A DNA stretch of 64,000 nt from Desulfomicrobium sp. (GTDB taxonomy: Bacteria > Desulfobacterota > Desulfovibrionia > Desulfovibrionales > Desulfomicrobiaceae): assembly GCA_040768745.1 (NCBI GenBank), contig JAXGMI010000001.1:704001-768000 (forward strand), in the 5' to 3' direction. Numbering within the stretch: position 1 is the stretch's first letter; each line of letters starts with the position of its first letter. Of the stretch, positions 30,482 through 40,391 are shown in pieces. The notes beneath the pieces were generated by a model. The model saw only the letters and a program-made list of their open reading frames with translations. It had not been told where the DNA came from and made no database searches. Position numbers and translations under genes: made by a program.

Positions 30482-32241
30482 GGGTGCACCTCGCCCACTG
30501 GCAACAGGAGGGTGAACACCGTGCCCTGGCCCACCCGGCTTTCCACCTTGACCTCGCCGCCGTGGGCCTCGATGATGCGGTGCACGATGGCCAGACCCAG
30601 GCCCGTGCCCGAAGTCTTGGTGGTGAAATAGGGATTGAAGATGCCCGGCAGGAGGTCCTCCGGCATGCCGCAGCCTGTGTCCGCGATGCGCAGGGCGATC
30701 CGGCCCTGCTCCAGCACCGCGGTGATATGCAGGACGCCGCCCGGGTCCATGGCCTGCACGGCGTTGAGGAACAGATTGAGCAGGGCCTGGGTCAGGCGCT
30801 CCGCGTCCAGCAGTGCATGCGGCAAGGCCTTGTCCGGGGTGAACACCACGCGGATGCCCTTGGCCTCGGTATCGGCCCGGATCAACCGCAGCGCCCGCTC
30901 CACCAGCTGGTTCACGTCCACGTCCTTGCGCTGCATCCGAGCCGGCCGGGCAAACTCCAGCAGCTCCGTGACCACCCGGTTCAACCGGTCCGTTTCCTGG
31001 ACCATGGCCCTGGCCGCTTCCTGATCCTGCCCCTGGACCTTGCCGGAAAGGTAGGTGGCGAACCCCTTGATGGAACTCAAGGGATTTCTGATCTCGTGGG
31101 CCACTCCCGCAGCCAGGCTGCCCAGGGCCGTGAGCCGCTCGTTGCGCCGGACCTGTTCCTGCAGGCGGCGCAGTTCGCCCAGGTCGCGCAACAGGAAAAG
31201 ATGTCCCAGGAACTGGCCGTCGGTGTTCACGATCCGGGAGAGGCTAAGGCTGACGGGAACAGTGCCCCCCTCGCGACTATCCAGGGTCGCCTCCCGTTCC
31301 AGCACGGCATCCGCGGCGGCCAGATCAGCGGTGAATGCGGACCAGTCCAATCCACCCAGGGCCTGCAGATCCGAGCCGGACAGGTCCTCGCCCCCGCGGC
31401 CCAGCAGGCGGGCTGCCATGGCGTTGGCCAGGACGACCCGGCCTTCGGGGTCCGTGGTCAGCAATCCCAAAGGCAGGCAGGTCACCACTTCCGAGGCAAA
31501 GGCCTGGGTGTCCCGCAACAGTCGGCTGGAAAGACGGTAATGCTGGGCCCAGAACAGGGCCGCGAACCCGCCCAGCCCCATGAGTACGACCAAGGACGCG
31601 ATGATGGCGCTGTTGCGGAGTTCATTGGCCATGGCCCCGTCCAGGGATGCTGCGTCCAGCCCCACGAAGATGACCGCATCGTCCAGCCCGGACTCGCGCG
31701 CACTGGCCCCTTCCGGCCCCGGCCCGCCCCCGCGGTGCCCCCCCGCAGGGGCGCACCACATGGAGCGCCCCACCCCGGGCAGGGGTGAGAAATTTTTATA
31801 CACCTCAAAGACCTTGCCCCCGCCCGGCATGGTCCGGAAATGCCCTCCTTGCCCGGCCTGCGCAGCAAGGGCGGCCATGGGGCCAGGATCATGCAGGTTC
31901 GACCCTATCCGGTCGGGGTCGTTATGGGCCAGAATCCTGCCGCTCCCGTCGGTCACCGCCAGATAGACGATTCCGTTCTGCTTGGCCGTCTCCTCCACCA
32001 GGGACTGGAAGTAGCCTGGCCCGCCGCGCATGCCCCTGCCCATGCCGATGCGGGTGCCGGCCTCCAGGGCCCAGGTCAGGGCCTCGGCATGCTCCAGGTA
32101 GTTTCGGATCATGTGATCCCTGGTGCGCTGGATATTGTGGAACGCAAAGACTGAGACCGCCAGCCCGAGAATGATCGTCAGTCCGGCCACCAGCCACGGA
32201 GTGATCCGGAGGCTCGCGATGTTTCGTTTATGGGTGTCCAT
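30478..32241 (-). CDS. zraS: Two-component sensor histidine kinase (ZraS/HydH-like)
   Basis: Two TM segments, WALEAGTRIGM, PAS domain, AHEIRNPL H-box, N-box and DTGCG/GTGLGL. Confidence 0.85.
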   Translation of the reverse strand: MDTHKRNIASLRITPWLVAGLTIILGLAVSVFAFHNIQRTRDHMIRNYLEHAEALTWALEAGTRIGMGRGMRGGPGYFQSLVEETAKQNGIVYLAVTDGSGRILAHNDPDRIGSNLHDPGPMAALAAQAGQGGHFRTMPGGGKVFEVYKNFSPLPGVGRSMWCAPAGGHRGGGPGPEGASARESGLDDAVIFVGLDAASLDGAMANELRNSAIIASLVVLMGLGGFAALFWAQHYRLSSRLLRDTQAFASEVVTCLPLGLLTTDPEGRVVLANAMAARLLGRGGEDLSGSDLQALGGLDWSAFTADLAAADAVLEREATLDSREGGTVPVSLSLSRIVNTDGQFLGHLFLLRDLGELRRLQEQVRRNERLTALGSLAAGVAHEIRNPLSSIKGFATYLSGKVQGQDQEAARAMVQETDRLNRVVTELLEFARPARMQRKDVDVNQLVERALRLIRADTEAKGIRVVFTPDKALPHALLDAERLTQALLNLFLNAVQAMDPGGVLHITAVLEQGRIALRIADTGCGMPEDLLPGIFNPYFTTKTSGTGLGLAIVHRIIEAHGGEVKVESRVGQGTVFTLLLPVGEVHP

Positions 32242-32263
32242 GCCTCACCTCTGGTTTATCAAC

Positions 32264-32311
32264 TGTAACCGTTTTACCCATGTTGTCCAGATGGATGTCA
32301 CGAAATTACCC
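32264..32311. promoter_or_regulatory. Putative ZraR enhancer (two imperfect 16-bp direct repeats)
   Basis: tgtaaccgttttaccc (32264) and tgtcacgaaattaccc (32296), 11/16 identical and 32 bp apart. Confidence 0.4.
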
Positions 32312-32364
32312 GTTCACTATTCCGAATGAGCAGGAGCAGCATCCGGCTTTTGATATAAAAAAAT

Positions 32365-33100
32365 GGGTCATGACTAGAACAGCGGATAACAAATCTGCTA
32401 GGATCGAGTCATGGCAAGGGTTAATAAGTACGCAAATCGTTCAAAAATTTCAGAGGCCAAATTCAGGCAATTCTTGAAGCTCTTTTCCTTTGATCTGGAT
32501 GCATCCCAGATCGCCCTGGTGACTGGCCTAAACAGAAATACCGTGAACAGGTATCTCATGGCCTTGCGCCAACGAATCGCTGAGTACTGCGAGCGACAAG
32601 CCCCAGTTCTCGGGGAAATCGAAGTTGATGAAAGCTACTTCGGGCCTCGCCGAGTCAAAGGACTCCGAGGTCGTGGCGCAAGCAGTAAAACCATTGTGTT
32701 TGGCATCTTCAAGCGCCAAGGCCAAGTCTATACCGAGATCGTGCCTGATTGCAGCCGTGCCACACTTCAGGCGGTTATCCGAGGTCGAGTCAGCGTCGAA
32801 AGCGTCATCCATTCCGATGGATGGCGCGGCTATAACGGCCTGGTGGATATAGGGTACCAGAAGCATTTCAGGGTCAACCACGGAGACAATGAATTTGCCA
32901 ATGAACGTAGCCATATCAATGGCATAGAAAGCTTTTGGGGCTATTCGAAAACTCGCCTTGCCAAGTTCAGAGGTGTCAGCAAGGTAACCTTTTTCTTGCA
33001 TTTGAAAGAATGCGAATTTCGATTTAACAATAGGGGCCAGAACATCTATAAAGTCCTGCTCAAAATCATCAGGACAAACCCGCTGTTCTAGTCATGACCC
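32365..33100 (+). mobile_element. IS1595-family (IS1016-like) insertion sequence, 736 bp
   Basis: Perfect 21-bp IR gggtcatgactagaacagcgg and 8-bp target duplication aaaaaaat (32357-32364 / 33101-33108). Confidence 0.93.
32411..33091 (+). CDS. IS1595-family transposase
   Basis: GEIEVDESYFG, IHSDGWRGY, HINGIESFW and HLKECEFRFN motifs. Confidence 0.93.
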   Translation: MARVNKYANRSKISEAKFRQFLKLFSFDLDASQIALVTGLNRNTVNRYLMALRQRIAEYCERQAPVLGEIEVDESYFGPRRVKGLRGRGASSKTIVFGIFKRQGQVYTEIVPDCSRATLQAVIRGRVSVESVIHSDGWRGYNGLVDIGYQKHFRVNHGDNEFANERSHINGIESFWGYSKTRLAKFRGVSKVTFFLHLKECEFRFNNRGQNIYKVLLKIIRTNPLF

Positions 33101-33141
33101 AAAAAAATATAATATCAATATAATACGTTTAAATTTTCTCT

Positions 33142-33158
33142 TTGGTCCAGGCTTTGCT
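33142..33158 (+). promoter_or_regulatory. Sigma54 -24/-12 promoter of zraP
   Basis: ttGGtccaggcttTGCt: GG at 33144-45 and GC at 33156-57, exactly 10 nt apart. Confidence 0.7.
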
Positions 33159-33252
33159 TTGCAGAAGTTGTGCTCAAGCACGACACAAAGGAACGCATAT
33201 GTGGAACCGTGGCGCGACAGGTCACACATCAACCATTGAAAGGAGAACACTC

Positions 33253-33762
33253 ATGAAAACGTACAGCACCACCCTCACTCTGGCTCTGACCCTGGCCTTT
33301 GTCATCGCCGTCACCAGCCTGGCCAGCGCACGTGGGCACGGCATGATGGGCCACGGCATGGGGGCCCTGACCCCGGAAAAACAGGCCAGCATGCAGAAGC
33401 TGCACGAGGATTTCGCAACCACCACGGCGGATCTGAGAAAGCATATCTTTGCCAAGGAATCCGAGCTCAATGCCGAACTCTTCGGAGAAAGGACGGATGA
33501 CAAAAAGGTCGAGGCCCTGACCAGTCAAATCAACGAGCTCCGCGGCAGGTTGTACGCAGAGCGGGTCAATCTGCACAGGAAAATGGCGGCGGAAGGCATC
33601 GTGCCCATGGGTGGCAGGGACATGGGTGCGGGCATGGGCTGTCCCACCACGGGCGGAGGAGGCATGCGGCATGGCATGAAGGGCTGTCCGGATTGCCCCA
33701 TGATGGGCGACGGAAAGCGCTACGGCCAAAGCTACAGCAACGCAGCCCCGGCCCAGCAGTAA
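33253..33762 (+). CDS. zraP: ZraP-like periplasmic metal-binding protein (Spy/CpxP family)
   Basis: Signal peptide, LTPEKQ, ELNAEL and Gly/Met/His/Cys-rich ends; AGGAG RBS; divergent from zraSR. Confidence 0.8.
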   Translation: MKTYSTTLTLALTLAFVIAVTSLASARGHGMMGHGMGALTPEKQASMQKLHEDFATTTADLRKHIFAKESELNAELFGERTDDKKVEALTSQINELRGRLYAERVNLHRKMAAEGIVPMGGRDMGAGMGCPTTGGGGMRHGMKGCPDCPMMGDGKRYGQSYSNAAPAQQ

Positions 33763-33794
33763 CCTTTCATTCACCCTGGCACGGAAGTCCTAGA

Positions 33795-33836
33795 CAACTC
33801 CCCCGAGTTCCCTCAGACTCGGGGGAGTTGGTTTTT
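33795..33836 (+). terminator. Rho-independent terminator after zraP
   Basis: caactcccccgagt / actcgggggagttg stem followed by gttttt. Confidence 0.75.
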
Positions 33837-33867
33837 GTCCAGAACAGCACTCCCTCTTTCCAAGCTC

Positions 33868-34764
33868 ATGCACGACACAACCTCTTCCAAGACTGTCCGC
33901 GGTGTCCTTTTCGCCCTGGGCGCGACCGTCATCTGGTCCGGAAACTTCATCCTGGCCCGCGGCCTGAACCAGAGCATCGAACCCGCCACCCTGGCCCTCC
34001 TGCGCTGGGCCACGGCCTTTGCCGGCCTTCTGCCCTTTGCCTGCTGGGCGGCATGGAAAGAGCGTGCCGCCATCCGGCGAAGCTTGCCGGCCATGATCCC
34101 CATGGCCGTCCTGGGCGTCTCCGTGTTCAATACCCTCCTGTACAAGGCGGCCCAGACCAGCAGCGCCCTGAACCTGTCCCTCATCGCCACGTCCACCCCG
34201 GTCTTCATCATCCTCCTGGCCCGCATCTTCCTGGCGGAACGGCTGACCATGGGCAAGATCCTGGGCCTGGGCACGGCCCTGGGCGGGGTGCTCCTCCTGA
34301 TCACCGGCGGGGATCCGACCCGCCTCTTTAGCCTGGAAGTGACCATCGGCGATCTGTGGATGAGCCTGGCCGCAGTCACCTTCGCCGCCTACAGCATCCT
34401 GGTGCGCAGATTCAGGCAGCCCCTGAGCCAGCCCGTTTTTCTGCTCACCCTGTTCGGGGTCGGCATCGTCTTTCTGCTGCCCTGGGCCGGGTGGGAAATC
34501 TCCATGACCGGCCTGCCCCGGATCACCCTCGGCGCAGCGGGAGCCATCCTGTACATCGGTCTGGGCGCATCCCTGGCCGCCTTTGCCATGTGGAACATGG
34601 CCGTGGCCGTCATCGGCCCATCCCTGGCCGGGCTCATCTACTACAGTCTGCCCCTCTTCAGCGGCACGGCGGCCTTCCTCTTCCTGAATGAACCCATGAA
34701 CATTCTCCACCTGCTCAGCGGCATCTGCATTCTGGGTGGCATCCTCCTGGCGACGCGCAGATGA
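33868..34764 (+). CDS. DMT/EamA-family transporter
   Basis: About 10 hydrophobic segments; IWSGNF, TPVFII.LARIFLAERL and GDLW patterns. Confidence 0.88.
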   Translation: MHDTTSSKTVRGVLFALGATVIWSGNFILARGLNQSIEPATLALLRWATAFAGLLPFACWAAWKERAAIRRSLPAMIPMAVLGVSVFNTLLYKAAQTSSALNLSLIATSTPVFIILLARIFLAERLTMGKILGLGTALGGVLLLITGGDPTRLFSLEVTIGDLWMSLAAVTFAAYSILVRRFRQPLSQPVFLLTLFGVGIVFLLPWAGWEISMTGLPRITLGAAGAILYIGLGASLAAFAMWNMAVAVIGPSLAGLIYYSLPLFSGTAAFLFLNEPMNILHLLSGICILGGILLATRR

Positions 34765-34884
34765 TTTCATCCTCGCGCATGGGTCTTCTCTTCATTCTTG
34801 CCTTTCGCTGCATCTGCCCATAAGGACGGCTCGGACCGGCATCTGCCTGGTCCGAACAACACGGAATCTTTCCAGGAAACAACC

Positions 34885-35478
34885 ATGACCAATCTGTTCA
34901 TCAGCCTGTTTATAAAACTTTTTTTTCTGTTGACCCCATTCTTCGTGCTCAGCGTGTTCCTGTCCATGACCGAGCACATGACCAAGACCGAGCAGCGCCG
35001 GGTGGCCATCCGCACTACCCTGTCCGTGACCGTCATCAGCCTGATCCTCTATTTTGCCGGAAATCCCATTTTCTCCACCCTGGGCATCACCCTGGACGGA
35101 TTCCGCATCGGAGCGGGCAGCCTTCTTTTCCTGTCCGCCGTTTCCCTGGTCGGGGGCAACCGCTCCAGCCATGACGTGGCTCCGGACGTGGATTTCGCCG
35201 TGGTTCCCCTGGCCATTCCCATCACCGTGGGCCCGGCCTCCATCGGCACCCTGCTCATCCTCGGCGCTGAACTGGGGGGGGCCACGGAACGCATAGTCGG
35301 GGCCGCTGCCCTGGTCTGTTCATGCCTGTGCGTGGGCATCCTCCTGCGGTCGTCCCGTGTCCTCAAGCGAGTCCTGGGATCCGTCGGGTTGTCCATCATG
35401 ACCAAGATCACGGGCCTGGTCCTCTCGGCCATGGCGGCCCAGATCGTTTTCACCGGCGTGAAAAGCTTCCTTGGCTGA
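34885..35478 (+). CDS. MarC-family membrane protein
   Basis: LGITLDGFRIGAG, VVPLAIPITVGPASI and KITGLVL motifs. Confidence 0.9.
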   Translation: MTNLFISLFIKLFFLLTPFFVLSVFLSMTEHMTKTEQRRVAIRTTLSVTVISLILYFAGNPIFSTLGITLDGFRIGAGSLLFLSAVSLVGGNRSSHDVAPDVDFAVVPLAIPITVGPASIGTLLILGAELGGATERIVGAAALVCSCLCVGILLRSSRVLKRVLGSVGLSIMTKITGLVLSAMAAQIVFTGVKSFLG

Positions 35479-35513
35479 CCGGCAACCTGCCCTTGACACA
35501 TTCTTGTCCAGCG

Positions 35514-36119
35514 TCAGCGCAGCAAGTCCTTGAAACGGGGACGGGGGAAGAACATGGGGGTACGGGCCCGGTACTCATGATACTCCTGACCGTGGACGCG
35601 GATGAGCTTTTGCTCCTCCAGGCGCGCCCCGACCAGAACATAGAGGGTGAGGACGGCGCTGGTGACCAGATTTGCGGCGTCGAATTCCCGGGTATGGGCC
35701 CACAGCAGCAGCAGGGCGCTCCCGTACCAGGGATGGCGTACGTGGCGCAGGATGCCGGTGGTGCGCAACTCCGCGGCATAGGGACCGCTGGCATACGTGC
35801 AGCCCGAACGGAGCTGCGCAAGACCGCTGACCCAGCCGAGGTCGTACTCCCTGGCCCCTGCCCAGGCCAGCCATGCAGCCGCAAGCAGCAGGCCCCAGCG
35901 CACCAGGGCCAGGGGACCAGCCCAGGCCAGCAGGACCTCGCCGGCCAGGCTGTGCTTGAAAAAAAGAAGCGGGAGGAGCGTCGCCGCGGCCAGGCCATTA
36001 TACGCCAGCCGATAGTAGGGGCAGGCCCGGGGCAAATGCCGGGAAAAGACAGCCATCCAAGGCGGACTGATGAGCAGGCTGTGCAACGCCCCCCATGCGG
36101 CCCAGCCCAGGGCCAGAAT
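35514..36119 (-). CDS. NnrU / isoprenylcysteine carboxyl methyltransferase-family membrane protein (start uncertain)
   Basis: HSLL, YRLAYN, VRHPWY, LEEQKL and Y.EYRARTPMF motifs. No in-frame ATG; the frame stays open upstream of the TTG at 36086. Confidence 0.7.
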   Translation of the reverse strand: MLALGWAAWGALHSLLISPPWMAVFSRHLPRACPYYRLAYNGLAAATLLPLLFFKHSLAGEVLLAWAGPLALVRWGLLLAAAWLAWAGAREYDLGWVSGLAQLRSGCTYASGPYAAELRTTGILRHVRHPWYGSALLLLWAHTREFDAANLVTSAVLTLYVLVGARLEEQKLIRVHGQEYHEYRARTPMFFPRPRFKDLLR

Positions 36120-36127
36120 CCATAATT

Positions 36128-39100
36128 CTACCCCACCAGGGAATCCTCACCTTCAAGGTCGCGGCCGATCTCGTCCTTTTCGCGGTCCAGGGAATGGTCC
36201 CTGGCCACCAGCATGTAGATGGACGGGATGACGAAAAGGGTGAAGAGAGTGCCCGCCGCCATGCCCCCGACCAGGACCAGGCCGATGGAGTTGCGGGCCG
36301 CGGCTCCCGCGCCGGTGACCAGGGTCAGGGGAAAATGCCCGGCAATGGTTGCGCCTGTGGTCATGAGGATAGGCCGCAGGCGCGTCATGGCCGCCTCGTG
36401 CACAGCCTCACGCTTGGAACGCCCCAACTTTTGCAACTGGTTGGCGAACTCCACGATGAGAATGCCGTTCTTGGACACCAGCCCGACCAGGGTGACCAGC
36501 CCGACCTGGGAGTAGATGTTCATGGTCGTGGTCCAGCCCGCGGTCCAGAAGGCCACGTTGGGGTCCGGCATTTTCAGGAAGGTGAAAATGAGCGCCCCAA
36601 AAACAGCCAAGGGCACGGAACCGGCCAAGATGACGAAGGGGTCGCGGAAGCTGTTGAACTGCGCAGCCAGGACCAGAAAGATGAGGACCACGGCCAGACC
36701 GAAGGCCGGCAGAAACTTGTTTCCCTCGGTCCGCAGCTGGCGGGAATCCCCCGTGTAGTCGAGCACGAAGCCTTTGGGCAGGATCTTGACCGCCTCGTCT
36801 TCGAGGAAGCGCAGGGCCTCATCCAGAGGCCGGATGGCCACACCGCTGATCTTGACTGCGTTGAGCTGCTGAAAGCGGTTCAGGGATCTGGCCACGGTGG
36901 ACAGCTCGACGTGGGCGATGGACGACAGGGGCACGAGTTTGCCCTGGGGACCCCGAATATGGATGTTCCGCAGCTGGTCCGGCGTCAGCCGGTCCATGCG
37001 CTGAATCTGCGGCACCACCTTGTAGCTGCGGCCGTCGATGTTGAAGCGGTTGACGTAGTTGCCGCCGACCATGGCCGCCACGTCTCCACCCACGGAGGCC
37101 AGGTTCAGATTCATGGCCGCCACCTTGTCCCGATCGATGACCAATTCGGCCCGGGGCTGATCGATCTTGACGTCTATGAGGGGCGGAAATGCGAACATAC
37201 CGCTCTGCATGGCCCTGGCCTGGATCTGGCGGGCGAATTCCAGGATCTGGTCCTGCTCGGCCGTGGACGCGATGATGAACTCCACAGGAAAGTCCCCGCC
37301 TCCGGGCAGGGCCGGGGGCGTGACCGGGAACATCTGGATGCCCGGGATGGCGGCAAGGCCAACCTGGGTCTCGGGCAGGATCTCGGCCACGGTCCGGTCC
37401 CGCTGTTCCCAGGGTGCGATGACAAGCCCGCAAAATCCGCTGGACGGGAAGGTGACCTGGAAGGTGAACTGCGCTTCGGGCACGTTCAAGAACACCTGGT
37501 TCGCCGCCTCGGCGTACACGCGGGTCTGATCCAGGGTCGAATCGGCCGAGGCGTCGAGAATGCCGAAGATGACGCCTTCGTCCTCGGACGGGGCCAGTTC
37601 CGTGGCTGACATCATGAACATGGGCACTGACAGGGCGCTGATGACGATCCAGATCAGATAGATGGCCGGGCGGGCATCCAGCGTCCCATCCAGGATGCGG
37701 CCGTAGAAACGCCGCAGGCGGCCGAAGTCCCGCGCAATGCGTCCGGCCAGACCCTGTTCCTCCAGGCCGGGCTTGAGCATCTTGGCCGACATGACCGGAG
37801 ACAGGGTCAGGGCCACGATGCCGGAAATGGTCACGGCTCCGGCCAGGGTGAAGGCGAACTCGCGGAAAAGGGAGCCCGTCAGCCCCCCCTGCAGGCCGAT
37901 GGGGGCGTAGACCGCGGCCAGGGTCACGGTCATGGCGATGAGCGGCCCGATCAATTCCCGCGCCCCGAGGATGGCCGCGTCCAGCGGAGATTTTCCATGG
38001 GTCAGATGCCGCCCCACATTCTCGACCACGACGATGGCGTCATCCACCACCAGCCCGACGGACAGGACCACGGCCAGCAGGGTGAGCAGGTTCACGGTGA
38101 AGCCGAAAACCTGCATGAGGAACACCGCCCCGACCAGGGACAGGGGGATGGCGATGACCGGAATGGCCACGGCCCGCAGCGACCCCATGAATAAAAAGAT
38201 GATGATGACCACAATGACCAGCGTGTCGCCCAGGGTTTTCAAAACCTCGCGGATGGCGCTGTTGATGTACTCCGTGGCGTCGTAGGCGATGCGGGCGTCC
38301 ATGCCCGAAGGCAAGGATTTCTGGATGGCCTCCATTTCCTCCCGCACCAGCTTGATGACATCGATGGAGTTGGCGTTGGGCAGGGGCCAGACCCCGATGA
38401 ACACGGCCGTCTTGCCGGTGAAACGCACTTCCGCGCCGTAATCCTCTGCTCCCAGGGCCACGTCGGCGATGTCGGCCAGCCGGACCACGGCCCCGTTTTC
38501 CTCACGCACGGCGAGGCGCTTGAACTCCTCCACCGTGCGCAGATCCGTGTCCGCCGTGAGGTTGATCTGGATCAGTCCGCCTTTGGTCTGGCCCAGGGCC
38601 GAGAGGTAGTTGTTGGCGGCCAGGGCCTCGCGCACTGCCGCCGGTGAGACGTTCAGGGCCGCCATGCGGTCGGGTTTGAGCCAGATGCGCATGGCGAAGG
38701 TCCGCGCGCCGAGAATATCGGCCCGCTGCACCCCCTCCAGGGTGGAGAGGCGAGGCTGGACCACGCGCATGAGGTAGTCCGTGATCTGATTCTGCTCCAG
38801 CTCGGTCGAGGAGAAACTCAGGTAGGCCGAAGCGAACTGGCTGTCCGCCGATTCGACGTTGATGATGGGCACCTCGGCCTCGGGGGGGAGATCGCCCCTG
38901 GCCTGGTCGACCTTGGCACTGATCTCGGACAGGGCCTTGATGGGATCGTAGTTGATCTTCAGGCGCACCTTGATGGTGGACAGACTCTGGGCGCTTTCGG
39001 ACTGGATGTAGTCGATGCCGTCGGCCGCGGCGATGACCCGTTCCAGGGGTGTGGTTATGAACCCGCGCACCAGTTCGGCGCTGGCGCCGACATAGGTCGT

Positions 39101-39244
39101 GGTCACGGTAACCATGGCGTTGTCGCTGCGCGGATACTGTCGGACCGAGAGGTTGACCGCTGCCTGCAGCCCGGCAATGACAATGAGCAGGTTGATGACC
39201 AGGGCCAGAACAGGACGGCGAATGAAGATGTCGGTGAATTTCAT
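36128..39244 (-). CDS. RND efflux transporter permease (AcrB family)
   Basis: FIRRPVLA, GLVVDDAIVVVEN, KNGILIVEFAN and RLRPILMT motifs; 1038 aa. Confidence 0.96.
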   Translation of the reverse strand: MKFTDIFIRRPVLALVINLLIVIAGLQAAVNLSVRQYPRSDNAMVTVTTTYVGASAELVRGFITTPLERVIAAADGIDYIQSESAQSLSTIKVRLKINYDPIKALSEISAKVDQARGDLPPEAEVPIINVESADSQFASAYLSFSSTELEQNQITDYLMRVVQPRLSTLEGVQRADILGARTFAMRIWLKPDRMAALNVSPAAVREALAANNYLSALGQTKGGLIQINLTADTDLRTVEEFKRLAVREENGAVVRLADIADVALGAEDYGAEVRFTGKTAVFIGVWPLPNANSIDVIKLVREEMEAIQKSLPSGMDARIAYDATEYINSAIREVLKTLGDTLVIVVIIIFLFMGSLRAVAIPVIAIPLSLVGAVFLMQVFGFTVNLLTLLAVVLSVGLVVDDAIVVVENVGRHLTHGKSPLDAAILGARELIGPLIAMTVTLAAVYAPIGLQGGLTGSLFREFAFTLAGAVTISGIVALTLSPVMSAKMLKPGLEEQGLAGRIARDFGRLRRFYGRILDGTLDARPAIYLIWIVISALSVPMFMMSATELAPSEDEGVIFGILDASADSTLDQTRVYAEAANQVFLNVPEAQFTFQVTFPSSGFCGLVIAPWEQRDRTVAEILPETQVGLAAIPGIQMFPVTPPALPGGGDFPVEFIIASTAEQDQILEFARQIQARAMQSGMFAFPPLIDVKIDQPRAELVIDRDKVAAMNLNLASVGGDVAAMVGGNYVNRFNIDGRSYKVVPQIQRMDRLTPDQLRNIHIRGPQGKLVPLSSIAHVELSTVARSLNRFQQLNAVKISGVAIRPLDEALRFLEDEAVKILPKGFVLDYTGDSRQLRTEGNKFLPAFGLAVVLIFLVLAAQFNSFRDPFVILAGSVPLAVFGALIFTFLKMPDPNVAFWTAGWTTTMNIYSQVGLVTLVGLVSKNGILIVEFANQLQKLGRSKREAVHEAAMTRLRPILMTTGATIAGHFPLTLVTGAGAAARNSIGLVLVGGMAAGTLFTLFVIPSIYMLVARDHSLDREKDEIGRDLEGEDSLVG

Positions 39245-39263
39245 GGTGAATCTGGCACGCGGG

Positions 39264-40391
39264 TCAGGAATTTTCCGGCCTGGGCGCGAGCTGGAATTCC
39301 GGAGTCAGGGTATTGTCGATGACCACGGGCTGACCATGGCGATACTTGAACACGCCCGTGCTGACCACCGTATGCCCAGGGCTCACGCCGCTCTCGACGG
39401 CCACAAAATCCCCCCGCCGCTCGCCCAGTTTGACGAACTGCTGGCGGAGCACCAGCCCGGCCGCGGGGTCGGTGGCGTTGGCCGCCTCGACCAGGAACAC
39501 CGAATTGCCATAGGCCGCGGAAAGCACGGCCGTCGCCGGAAGGACCACAACGTCGCGCTTTTCCGGCAGGACCACGTCGACGTTGACGAACATGCCTGGC
39601 CGCAGCAGTTCCCTGGGATTCCCCAGCACCGCCTGCATGCTTACGGAACGGCTGGCACTGTCGGCCAGGGGCTCGATAGCCTTCAGTCGGCCTTCGAGCA
39701 CCGATCCGGGCAGGGCGTCGGTGGTCACGCGCACGACATTGCCGACTTTCGCCAGCGGCACCTGCTGCTGGGGAAGAACGAACTCCACATGCACCACATC
39801 CAAGCGCTGCAGTGTGGCGATGGGGTCGGTCTCGCCCAGGTTCTGTCCCAGATTGACCCGCCTGATGCCCAAGGTCCCAGCGAAGGGAGCGCGCACTGTC
39901 TTCTTGGCGATCAGGGCGCGCAAGGCGTCCATTTCGGCCACAAGCTGCTGATGCCTGGCCAGGGCCGTATCATATTCTGCCTTGGCCGTGGTCTGCTGAC
40001 TCAGCAGGGAACCCATCCTCTTCAAGTTGAGACTGGCCAGATTCGTGCTGGCCTCCAGGGCCCGCAGCTGTGCCGTTTCCTGGCTCGTGTCCAACTGCAC
40101 CAGGACGTCGCCGGCGAGGACCCTGTCACCTGAATCAAAGGAGATACGTTCAACCTGCCCCGGCACCTCCGCGGTCAGGGTCACCCCCTGCACGGCCGTG
40201 ACGGAACCGATGGCCGGCAGAAGGGTCTCCCACGCACCGGCCGTGGCGTTGGCCACTGAAACGACTGCCGGCGGGATGACCGCGGACTCGCCTCTGGCGA
40301 TCATTTTCCTGATCTGCAAGGTCTTGATCCCGGCCAGGCTCCCTGCAATGATGGCCACAAGAAGCACGGCAAAAAGGATTTTTCTGGTCAT
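39264..40391 (-). CDS. RND efflux periplasmic adaptor (membrane fusion protein)
   Basis: N-terminal TM, GDRVLAGDVLVQLD, VRAPFAG and LRPGMFV motifs. Confidence 0.93.
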   Translation of the reverse strand: MTRKILFAVLLVAIIAGSLAGIKTLQIRKMIARGESAVIPPAVVSVANATAGAWETLLPAIGSVTAVQGVTLTAEVPGQVERISFDSGDRVLAGDVLVQLDTSQETAQLRALEASTNLASLNLKRMGSLLSQQTTAKAEYDTALARHQQLVAEMDALRALIAKKTVRAPFAGTLGIRRVNLGQNLGETDPIATLQRLDVVHVEFVLPQQQVPLAKVGNVVRVTTDALPGSVLEGRLKAIEPLADSASRSVSMQAVLGNPRELLRPGMFVNVDVVLPEKRDVVVLPATAVLSAAYGNSVFLVEAANATDPAAGLVLRQQFVKLGERRGDFVAVESGVSPGHTVVSTGVFKYRHGQPVVIDNTLTPEFQLAPRPENS

